Source of the DNA: Takakia lepidozioides
Taxonomy: Eukaryota; Plantae; Bryophyta
Direction: 5' to 3'
Assembly: GCA_030704615.1 (NCBI GenBank)
Contig: CM060731.1
Location: 22,692,001 to 22,756,000, forward strand
Length of the DNA: 64,000 nucleotides
Positions 49,666 to 61,000 of this stretch are shown here, piece by piece. Below the pieces are notes generated by a model. The model was not told the DNA's origin and made no database searches. It saw nothing but the letters and a program-made list of their open reading frames with translations. The number at the start of each line of letters is the position of its first letter. Within the stretch, counting starts at the first letter, position 1. The position numbers were made by a program, and so were the translations under genes.

Positions 49666-52600
49666 AGCCAAGACCTTACAAAATACAAATATATAGCACG
49701 GAAATTGCAACAAAGAAGGGCCAGCGATCACCAAAGGGGCTGAGCACATAAATTGCAATAAAGAAAGGCCAAATTTCACCAAAGGAGTAGATGAACAAAG
49801 GACGTTCCAAGCTTGGCACAAGAATATAAGGCGGCCAAAATGAAGAAACTCCCCCTAAGCATAAGTGCGGGGCCCGCGCAATGAGTGTGGCTGCGGCTGG
49901 GGCGTTGGCCTTGAACTGTGGTAGCACGCAGCGAGTGCAAGCAGGCGTGGGATGGCAGGAGCGTTGGCAGCACATCAACATATAGCCAGTGGTAAGTGCG
50001 GGCCCCGGCAGGTGAGCTGTGGACTTAGCAAGGAACGAGTGCAAGGCTGAAAGCATGCGTGGGCCTACGGGAGGGTGGAGCTGCGAGCAACTTCCTAAGT
50101 CTCTTCTAGGGTTTGCCCCCAACCACCCTAACCCCGTCCGTTGGATGTAACCAGGCCTGGGCCCTGGCATGCTGGATTTCCGCCACGTGGCAGCATTCAA
50201 CGGCCATTTTCCGTTTTCTTAGAAGATAAGAACGGCTGGAATCCGTCCAGGCGTGCCAACTAAGGCATATTTCCGGCATTTACTAATACGGAAAGGAAAA
50301 AATCCGTCCTAAAAGCAAGGCACTAGGATGATTTCCTCTTGGGCCATTTTTTCCGTCGGTTCATTTTCTGGAGGTTTCATGTCATACCCGGAAATTCCAG
50401 GATGGCACTCGGCTGGCATGTAACTAGCTGCCGGTTCTCCCCCTTCGTTGCTACAGGAAATAGCAGGCCTCGTCGTACGCAATCAAAACATGCCACGTCA
50501 GCGTGATGCGCACGGCAGTGTCGGAGATGACGTGATTCATTTGAAGATGATGGTTCGGGTTCCAAATTTCCATTATCTACGGAGGGCCCTGCTTGCACGT
50601 GGGAAAGATTTTGACCATTGACGGCGGACGGCTCGCCAGCAGCGGGGAAGATCGCATCACTTGCCATTTATGTACTTGAGCTCTTTAGACTCTTTCCAAA
50701 GTCCCTGAGCATTTCAGACAAAGGCTGACAGGCGCAATAAGCTCAAAGGTCATTGCCAAGGGCTGTGAAGTTGTGAATTGAGAGACTTCTCAGCGAAGGA
50801 AGAAGGGACGGAGGAGAACGTCAGCTTAGGTGACTGACTAATTAAACCATGACCTCCGTTGCAGCGCTAGTTTTGCATTTAGATCCTGAAGCTGTTCAGT
50901 CGGTATGAGATTCTCGTTTTCGGGTTGTATCTGTGCTCACGAGTTGGTCATTTGTTTCGTACTTCTGCTTGTTCTTTGCTTTCTTATTATTTGTGCTGTG
51001 AGCTAGTAGGGATCCAGGGTGTGTATAATGTCTGACTGGTGTACTCGTGCGATTGAGAGAAACGCCTCGAGGGCTCTCGATTTTGTTCTTCTCTGTATCC
51101 TGGTTGTTCTTATGCTTGTAGTACACGTACGGATCTTTGTTCCTCGAAGCACTCTGCGTTGTGCTGAGGCCGCAATAACACAGTCGGGTCTGTGGTTGGT
51201 TATTCATGACTGTCACACTTAAAGAGGAGTTCCTGGCTTGCTCAATCTCCGTCTTCTCTTTCACATGTGTGTATAAGGACTTGCTTGTGCATAAGGCACA
51301 AACCTAATCCTTCACTCTGTCTGCAGCAATAGTGCAAGTAATCCATTACTCTCAACTCTTCGTGCAAAAAATTTGCAACCACTAGCGTCCGTCAGTGATT
51401 TACAGGTGAAAGACTCTTATGCTTTTACTCATTGGAGTCATTTGTCAACAGTGCAGCAGTCTCTGCCTCCGTCCGTCTTTTATTGCTGAAGATGCCGCTC
51501 AATCTAGGCTTCATTGTGCAGTGATGGGCCAGTGATTATTCATCCTTTTGACCAGAATCAAAGACTAGAAAGTAGTGGTAATGACCTCCTTGCTGTCCAC
51601 CTCCTGTCCACATTAGAAGTAGCATCATGTAGCACTTCCTCTCTTAACACACAGTATATTGAAAGGTCCGTCCTTGTGAAGGGTAGGCTTGTTCCTGCAT
51701 CATATAATTGAACCTCCTCAGAAGCGCTAACAATGGTACTACTACTACGCGGGCATGGAGCACAGCTAGTAGATACAACATAGACCAGTTAGAATCCGAT
51801 TACAGAAGATCATCAGGAGCAGGCAATCAATGAACAAGTTTCGATTTGCAATAATGCCCCTGTTCAGTATCTTTCCCGTACCTGCAGCATCTTCACTTGT
51901 GTAATTATATGTTGTACACTCTGCGATGCAGCATGCCAGTCTCTACTAACAGGTAGGTTTAATAGGGTTCTTTAGAATTACATGGGCAGTCAGCATAGAG
52001 TTCCAGTCATGTATGAATCTTAGAGGATCTTGCTCAATACTGACTGCACATTTGCTAACCCCGAATCGAGCAAAATCAAGGACTCAACCGCTCTCAAAGC
52101 GTTTCAATGAACCTGCAAACCTTGTTTGACAACAAAAAGGAGAATCTGAGCAGCTGTGATTGTCAGTCTTCTTGCTTACCAGGAATGAGCAAAATCAGTG
52201 ACTCAGCCGCTCTCAAAGTGTTTGAGTGAACTTGGAAATCTTATCTGACAACGAGTAGGAGAGTTTCAGCGTGGTTTTTAGGTGACTGAGTGCTCGTGAA
52301 CTAATATAAGTAGAACCAGAAAAGGTGAGCCCTCACATACCGCGTTCTTTCTTATTCCTTTCTCTCCATCTTAAGATCAGCAGATTTCTTGGCGGAAGCA
52401 GAGATTGAGTTGGCCAATGGACGTGGACAACTTTAGTCTTCTGGTCTGAAACGTTGCTCTAACCACTACGTTCGATTCCACACAAGGGTTGGCTCGTGCC
52501 GGATCTCGGGCCGCGCTCCTGAGCCTTCTTCTATCTTCGGTGGAACACAACCATCCAAAGTTCCTACACCGTAGTCTCGAGAATTGCTTTGGTGAAATTT

Positions 52601-52911
52601 TTTACTGTAGCAGTTAGCTTGCGATACAAATTTGCCTTCTTGTTGTCCTCTTGAAGGGTGTATGGATTAACTATAGTTCTCCTCGTTGTCATTGACTAGC
52701 CTGGAATTTCTTTGTCGACAATCTGTACATTTAGATGCTCCATACATGCACCTTTTCCCAAGGGATGCTCATGGAGCGACTGTCCAGGCCTAGATACTCC
52801 CCGAGATACTCACTCTTCTCCTGCTCCTCATTTCCTTCCTGTGACTACCTCACTCTTCTTCATGAATAAGAACTAACTCAAACTGATGCCGCGCTTATTT
52901 TTGCGATGCAG

Positions 52912-53701
52912 ATGACGACAAATACGTGGGGAGGTGCTGTGACAGTGATGGGAAGTACTGTCACAGGCTTGGCCCTCAAGGTTGGGCCTCCAATTATTCT
53001 GAAGACAATCGGATTCACCGCTGCAGGCCCCGCCGCTGGATCAACCGCAGCTGCGTGGATGTCAAGGTAATTGAGCTCACCGTGGAAGAAACTACAAGTC
53101 CACCATGGCCTTCAACAGGATCATAGGGGTCAATATCTGGGATCATAGGGATCATAGGGATCATAGGTAGTCAATATCTGTAACTATAAACTTCCCTACA
53201 GTCCATTCGTCTATAACTAAGTTTCAGGTTTCCATGAAAACTCAATGCATCTGACTCATGCTCAAGCAGGGAGTAAGTCTGGTCTTGTTTTTGGCCCTTA
53301 TCACATGCTCCAATCAACCGAGAGTATGTAATTTGAAGTACAGATCAAGTCATCACACAACCGTTCCACCTCAACAACAAGCAATGATGAGGTGTATGAA
53401 GCTTAAGACTTTGTATGAAGAACATGAGCATTGAAGGAGCTTCATGCACTCGAGGCCCGTTGTGAACCTGTACTAAGAAATATGCTGGACATGATGATAA
53501 GATTTCAAGCTCAAGAATTCTGTTGGGTGCAGCATTGCGGTAGGAAATGGAGTAGGTGTTGCTGCGGGATCGTGGTACGCGGCTTGCCAATCTGCGGCAA
53601 TGGGGGGTATGGCGCTGATTGGAGCCCCTACTGTTTTGACCGTTGCAGCAGTGCCAGCAGTTGGGTATGTCGGGTATCAGTTGTATAGGATAATGTCCTG
53701 A
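52912..53701 (+). CDS. IFI6/IFI27 (ISG12, Ifi-6-16 family)-like small membrane protein, 107 aa; exons 52912-53066 and 53533-53701
   Basis: Spliced translation MTTNTWGGAVTVMGSTVTGLALKVGPPIILKTIGFTAAGPAAGSTAAAWMSSIAVGNGVGVAAGSWYAACQSAAMGGMALIGAPTVLTVAAVPAVGYVGYQLYRIMS*. The intron is GT-AG and there are no lesions. The ORF track missed it. Confidence 0.85.
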
Positions 53702-53869
53702 GTGGAGGGTTGAATTTTTTCATCCTCATACTGGGGGTATATGAACATTGGGTATGATACTTCTACTGCTCTTCATACCAATCAGAAATGTCATTACGTC
53801 ATTACACAAGCTCTTCATAGAGAGTAGAAAAAAAAATTAAAAAAAATGTTGAATGAGAGTAAAATACTT

Positions 53870-54720
53870 TGAGCAAAGACATCTTTGTTAAATATATGTG
53901 ACTGCATTCCACAAACACCCGTCTGTTTCGTCTTGACGAAGAGAGAGATCTCACGGGAGAATGTAGAGGGGGACCAGCAAACCTTGTTCCAGATGCTGTC
54001 AAAACATCAACCCCTTCTTGCACTTTCTTCAAAACTCTGTAAAGTGCATCATTCTTTCTTTGCATATTCTGTGAAGCTTAGGTACTCTTTTTTGAGACCT
54101 CCGGTGATTTTTACGGCTAAGTGGAATGCTAAGTGGAGACACCTTTCCTGCCTCCCGACCAACTGGAAATCCATATGGAAAGAAGTTTGGAGAAAAGACA
54201 GGGCTGCTAAACTGAGTGGGCTTTTTTTAAAACTGGTCAATAGGATTTTGTCGGACTTCTCTTTTATTTCATCCTCCCCCCTTTCTAGCTCTGTCTGTAA
54301 CACTGGAAGCTCTGAATCTAACACTGCCTGGTACAGTGCCCTCTGGCTTCGTTTTTGTGGGGTATGGTCAGGAAGTTCTACTCCTTTTGGCGTAGGGACT
54401 TCTCCCTAGACATCTCAGATTTGCTCCTCAATCTACAGTGGGAGCTTCCATGGAGCTCCTGTCTTGTGTGGGCCTCAGCTCTGAGGGCCCACACTCTATG
54501 GAATATTTGGAAGTCTAGATGCTCTCAGGTTTATTGGGGGGTGCGGCTTTGCGTTAAGTTGGTGTTGCACAGAGTTCACTCAGACATCATGTCTGAAGCC
54601 TGTGCAGCTGTTACTAGATGTGCGGAGGAAAGGCGAGTGCACCTATTCTTTGGCTTTGATAAATCTTGGAGAAAAAACGGCCACTTCTGCTCAAGAATCT
54701 CTCAATCAACGATTATCTAG
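53870..54720 (+). pseudogene. L1-like LINE 3' fragment (zf-RVT region)
   Basis: WKSIWKEVW…FLKLVNRIL…VCNTGSSESN (frameshift) HCL…CP…LW; TLWNIWKSRC. Confidence 0.7.
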
Positions 54721-55127
54721 AATGACGGCATCCCGGCATGTTGGTAGCTCCATTAGTGCGCAACAATCGGCGAAGCGTGAGGAATTAGATGTCAATTGGC
54801 GACACAAGTGTAGCCTTAGGAAGGGCAACTCTAAGGCCCACCTCTCCTTCGATTCTTCTAGGCGTAAAAATGATATCGTCTAGTCTCTTAGTCTCTGTTC
54901 CTTGCTGCGGAACCTTCCTTTCCTTAGCTTCCTACAGTTTCTCCTAGGTTACTGGTTTGGGGGCAGTGTCCCCTTTTTCATCCTCCATGGTCTGTAATCT
55001 GAGGTTATTTTTTCCTCGCATTTCAATATATTCCTGGCCCTTCGATCGGCCAGTTGAATAAAAACAAGTTGCTAGTTGTATGGCTCCTCTTTGTGAATAA
55101 TGAAAACAGCCTTGTAGTCTCTGAAAG

Positions 55128-56170
55128 ATGGGATTGTGCCAAATATCATTTACTGCCCTCATCAATATGTATGCTAAACGCGGAAGCCTTGAGGATGCAA
55201 AAAGAGTGTTTGACAAGATGGCTGAACGTGATGTGAGCTGGCATGAGTTTTTTAAAGATCCTTCACGATGGTGGGACAACCGGAATCGCAAGGTGTGGCT
55301 TTTTCTTAATGTACGATGTGAAGAAGTTTGTCCATCCTGCAAAGCTGGGCTCTTGGCTCCTGTTAGTACCATGATTTGGTATTCTTCCTGATGTTTACAA
55401 GGTTCTTGGGAGAGTCAGCTTGGTCTTAGCAGGCCGTGTTTCAATTTCTGCCTACTCAGCTGCACCGTGGTGGTTCTCCCAGACCAATCCGACATTATCT
55501 GATTACAAACATAAGCAGCACACACAAGAGGTCATTTTGGGTTGATGGTCGGTCAAATCCTCCATGGGTCATGCAAAAGGTCAAGGACTTTCTTCTTTGA
55601 CCTATTTCAGCTTGTTTTGCCCTCTCATCAGACTCGGCCCTGAGATGCCCTGAGATGCATATGAGTTCTGTAAGTTAGCTCATTGGGTGGATGTGTGGTG
55701 GTTTGGAGTGACTTTGACAAGTTATTGCCGATATGGCAGCAGGAAAGTATCCAAAAACATAAGAGAGATGAGGAGAAGCTTTGGAATGAACACTTTTCCG
55801 ACCCCAGTCAATGGTGGGACAATGGAGACAAAAAGGTGAATGTCTGTTGGACTACAGAGATAAGCAGATGCAATTCAGAAGTGGAACTACTGTAATAAAT
55901 AGGGTTGGGGTGTTTGCTGGAAGAACTGCACGTCGTCAATGTCAGCTGCTAGCAGCAAGACTGAGGATGTATTCATGATTTGTACACAGGCAGGGATAGC
56001 TGAAGGACCAGGGATAGAGGTCCAGATTCATCCAAGAGGGCCGGATTTCAAACACAAGATTACTTTTGATTCCCTATAGATCAATAGCTACAAGAAATCT
56101 GCGTGGGTAGATGGTCAACTGGAAACAGCAGCGGCAACAGCACCATTGATAGAACAAGGCACTGCTAATG
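55128..56170 (+). pseudogene. PPR motif fused to OSB-type PDF motifs (intron-containing, degenerate)
   Basis: TALINMYAKRGSLEDAKRVFDKMAERDVSW-HEFFKDPSRWWDNRNRK; LWNEHFSDPSQWWDNGDKK…HPRGPDFKHKITFDSL. Confidence 0.75.
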
Positions 56171-56633
56171 AAGGCACCTTCCTCAACACATTTCACCCTT
56201 TTTTCCCTGGTATGAGAGTCGTCCATAAATTTTCATGTTGAGTTTTGCAAGTTACCTCGTTGGTGGATCTATGGTGGTTTTAATTGCAGCACACCTATTT
56301 AGACGGATAAACTCTGAAAAACATGTAACGGCCACTGTCTGTGATTGTCCCTTGCAATTGTGGAGCATATCCACCATTGGAGCCAGCTTTGCACTATATG
56401 CAACAAAATACCAGCAGCCCCCATCCACTGTCATGTAGTCCCAAAACACGATTGTTGCACCTATCCTCTCTTCAAAGACCTTCATAGTTGCAGATCACAA
56501 CAAAAGAAGTTTAATAACCAATGTACGGTAGGGGAATCTTAACCAGGGGTTTGCTTTCCTAAAATGGTGTGCAAAAGTCCTACATGTCAGGGAGCAGTGC
56601 TGATCTAACTTAAATGGCTCACACTAAACACAG

Positions 56634-57745
56634 ATGACACCAGATTATGCCATGTGCCTTGATGTATTTGTATTGAAGTCTCGATGCCACAAAAGAGGGT
56701 TGAAGCTAAGCTTTGACATCATCAAATATGGAATTACTCGAGATATCATTCTCAAGACTGCCATTGTCAACATGTATGCCAAATGCGGGAGCATGAAGGA
56801 TGCGTGTCAAGTGCTCAACAATATGGCTGTACGGAATGTTGTCTCATGGAATGCAATGATTGCAGGATATGCTCAGCATGGGTAGAGTAGAGAGGCTTTT
56901 CAGATGTATGAGTCAATGATGTGGGATGGGGTGACACCCAATAAGGTCTCATTCACTTGTGTTCTCAGTGCATGTGCAGGCTTGGTAGCATTGGACAAGG
57001 GCAGAAAGGTCCATGGGGATATAATCATTTTGAAATTGCTCCAGATATCATTCTGGAAAATACTCGTATCGACATGTATGGGAAATGCGGGAGCTTGAAG
57101 GATGCACGTCAAAGTGTTTGACAATATGGCCCAAGGGAATGTGGTCTCATGGAGCTCAATGATTACGGGGTATGCCCAGCATGCGTGTGGTTGGGAAGCC
57201 CTCCAACTATTTGAACAAATGCAACAGGAAGGAAGCCAAATGGTATCACCTCTGTATGTGTTCTCTCTGCATGTACCCATGTGGGCTTGGTGGATGAAGG
57301 CAGTCACCACTTTGATTCCATGAGTCAGGATCATGGCGTCACCCCTACTGCTGAGCATTTTGGCTGCATGGTGGATCTTCTTGGCCGTGCAGGACAATTG
57401 GATAAGGCAGAGGGCTTCATCGAGAGAATGCCATTTGAACCAGGTGCTGCTGCCTGCATACTTCATCAACGATATGGATCGAGCAAAACTACAAAATGCC
57501 TTCTCAAGGCAATCCAGAAGATGTTGGATCTTATGTGCTCCTATCCAATATGTTGCGCTGCTGCTGGGAGGTGGGATGATCAAGCAAAGGTAAGAAAGAT
57601 GATGAAGGATGCAGGTGTGAGAAAGGAGCCAGGGCACAGCTGTATTGAGGTGGAGAACCAGGTGCATGAGTTCTGTGTAGATGACAAATCACATCCACAT
57701 ATTGAGAAAATACATGTTGAGCTGAGGAGATTGTCTTTGCATTAA
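56634..57745 (+). pseudogene. PLS-class PPR gene remnant with E/E+ domain
   Basis: MYAKCGSMKDA…NVVSWNAMIAGYAQHG; CMVDLLGRAG; KEPGHSCIEVENQVHEF…SHP. Multiple frameshifts. Confidence 0.92.
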
Positions 57746-58034
57746 GGGAGGATAGCTCAACAGCTTCTCAAAGAAAGCAACTTCATAGAGCCTTGTTTCA
57801 GTATGTGACTCCCTATTTGTGGTGCTGTACTGAGGTGCACATTTATTTGGCAGCAAGTTTCAGTGTGGCTGCTTGAAGCTTTTAGTTGATCTATCAACGT
57901 AGCAAGCACAACATCATAGCTGGTTTCTACTTTACAGAAGAGCTCATAATGATAATATCACCAAGCTCATTTGTCCGTTGCACTATACTTGTCATCACAA
58001 GTTTACTGGAGAACATGCTGACATTGCTGCAGAT

Positions 58035-61000
58035 TGTCGAGCGGCTTTTATTCACCCATCCCTTCGTTATCCGTGGAGGGAACTCCAAGATTGAAGAGTT
58101 GGATATCTCTAAGCATTCAGCCCGCTCAGAACAATCAGTCATGACCTATCTCTAGTGTATCATAGTAGTGCTTCTTGTTTGTATTTCTTCTTGACTTCAT
58201 TTCAGCAATCTACCAAGTTCTGATTGCCCAACCATTCATTCCACAGCTTCACTCAGTTCTCTCTACACGGTGTGAGTAAGGAATGTGTATCATATTAATC
58301 TCTGTTCAGTATCAGGCCGTAGCCATAGTGTCTCTAATCTGTTCTACAGTACGATTCTACAGCTTGCATAAATCAAGCATTGATCCATTCATCTTCCCAT
58401 CTTCGCCGTGTTCTCTATCCTTGGTTCCATTCTTGCTCTCCACTTCATCTCTTCCCCTCTTAACCAAGAAGTGCTCCCCAAGAAGTGATCCCCTTCCTGT
58501 TGCTGCTCTGCCTAATCTACCTACAAGTTGTTCTAACCGCCTAACTAACTAACTGCCACCCTGAAGTAACACGTTCCCTCTGCAGATATCGTTCCCACAT
58601 AGTCGTTCCTTGCTAATGATAACCGTTCCCTATGTATACTGTGACGGGCTGTGCCAAACTTTGTCGAGCTGTGACTATGCCGAGCTGTGATTAGCTATGT
58701 CAGACTATGTCGGGCTGTGACTGTGCCGAGCTGTGACTGGCTGTGTCGGACTGTGTCATGCTGTGACTGGCTGTGTAAAGCTGTGCCGGGCTGTGTCATG
58801 CTGTGGCAGCTGTGACTGGCTGTGCGAAGCTGTGATTGACTGTGACAGACTGTGTAAGGCTGTGTCGGGCTGTGTAAGGCTGTGTATGGCTGTGATAGAC
58901 TATGATAGGTTGTGTACGACTGTGTCGGGCTGTGTAAGGCTGTGTATGGCTGTGATAGACTATGATAGGTTGTGTACGACTGTGTCTGAGTGTATAAGCC
59001 TATCTACCACCCCTAAAGCCCGTGCTTGTCATCCCTAAGGCATCTGTTGGTCTAAGTCTACCATCCGTAAGGCTGCACAAAAATTAAGGGTACCCCACAG
59101 AGCCCATAAAAGTGTCTAAGTCCCAGACAGCCCTCTAACATTACCCCTCCCCCTCTCAAAAAGCCGTGTCCTCACGATTTACTGTTTAGAATCAGCAAAC
59201 CTTTGTGAGCGAGCAGAATTTTGTCGGTGAGAGTCTCTTGAAGGGCTCTGTGTGCAAGCTCGAGACCTGTCACTGGTTGATGGAGGTGATTGAGCACCAA
59301 ATGGAAATGTCTGACCCTCTTGTGGTTGATAACGAGGTAACCTCTCAGGCATAGGAGATCCCTGTCGTTTCTTCTCTGCCATCTGGAGTGCATAGTCCTC
59401 CGCCATGTCAAAAGGTTCCTCTGTAGAACCAGTAGTATCAGAATCATCTTCCCCCCTAAGGTGCCTCGGTGGCCGAACTTTAAGTGGCTCCTCCGGAATC
59501 CTGCGTGGCATACAATGCTGGCCCACCATGTCTGGAAGCTTAAACTGTACTACTTGCTGTAAGCGCTTGCAAGCAAAATGAGTGAACTCCCTGAACTCCT
59601 TGGCCGTATAGGTAAGAGGTGTGCCAATGACTTTGGAACAGTGTAAATATTTCTAGGCTTCATGTCCCTTATAGAAAATATCATCAAGGCCCAATTTTTC
59701 TGTGGCCAAGTTGTTCCAAGCCAAATTAAACCATGAACGAAGCTGGGAATCTTTCTGCATCATGACTTTCGCATCATACAGATACATATGGGGTGGAACT
59801 AAAGGTAAGACCCAATGATCCCCACTGGAATAACTCAAAAATCGTGATTGCATCTTCTGCTGCTCAATGTGATAACGTGCCATGAAACAAGCAGCATAGT
59901 ATAATCCACAGCCTATGACAATACTAGATACCTCCTTGGTCTTGGTATAGATGTACCCATGAACAACCTGGAAGACAATTAATTCCTTCAGCATGGTGCC
60001 TACCTCAGACCAGTACCTTGCAAAGTGATAATCCTCAATGGGTCGATTGTTTGGAAGAACCTTAGTCCGAGTTGCCACTGGCAACCAAATGCGCATGATC
60101 TGGTAATAATGTGCCAATGACTGTGGAGGACTGAATTCCTTCCAAGCCAAATCCATCACAATGGGAATTTGGTTGAAGGGCATAATCATAGCCCGATTGT
60201 ACTCTAGTGCAGCAGGAGTCCTAGGTGGGTTAAAAACAGCATCCCCCCAAACCTCAGGTTGTGGCTTAGCCATGGTATCAACAGGATCAGCCACCTGCTG
60301 TGGAGGCTGTGATATTGCCGGCATTGTCCCTCCTACTACTGGCAACTCCTGCACCTCCTGCGAAAAAGATTAGAAAATCCAAGTCCTGGCCTGCAGATAA
60401 GTAGCCATGAGCTGCTCTTCAGGAACTAAAGCTCCGTTGTCAATGTTCGAGCTCAGGTCATCCACTTGAGTCTGCAGCCCTTCTACATCATCTTGTAACT
60501 CAACTATTCTACTATAGACATTGTCTATAGTAGTTGTGGCAATGTTCTGGACCTGTAGCCTGAGATCATTCATCTCTCCCTGGGTGAGCTTCCTTGGTGC
60601 TTTTCCTTCTACCGGCCCTTGTGCTCACCACACTTGCATAAGGTGATTATCCATCAAGTCATGTGTGGCACCCCAGAGAGCCTGCTCCTCCTTGAGTCTG
60701 TACACATCTAACTGCTGCTGGAAAGCCTCCATGCGCTTTGCATGAGGTTCAACCAGGGCCGCATAGGCTGCAACCAGATTATTGGCCTCCTTCCAAGCCT
60801 TGTTAGCCACAGAAAGTTCATTCTTCTGGCCCGTGAGAGTTTGCTGCAACTCCAGGATGTACCTTTCCTTCTCTGCCTCCATTCGACTGTATTGTTGGAA
60901 GGTATCCTTATTGCCACGGATAATAGCCTTCAACTCAGCAATGAGTTTCCTTTGCTCCACTGTCTCGGCCTCCACTACCATATACCTCTCTGCTTGTTTG

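Noticed and set aside
46650-50420. Candidate TIRs and TSD for the hAT element
   Set aside because: Several weak pairings, none with a convincing 8-bp TSD.
52067-52270. About 84-bp diverged direct repeat (2 copies), plus ggatcatagg repeats at 53119-53168
   Set aside because: Ordinary local duplications in non-coding DNA.
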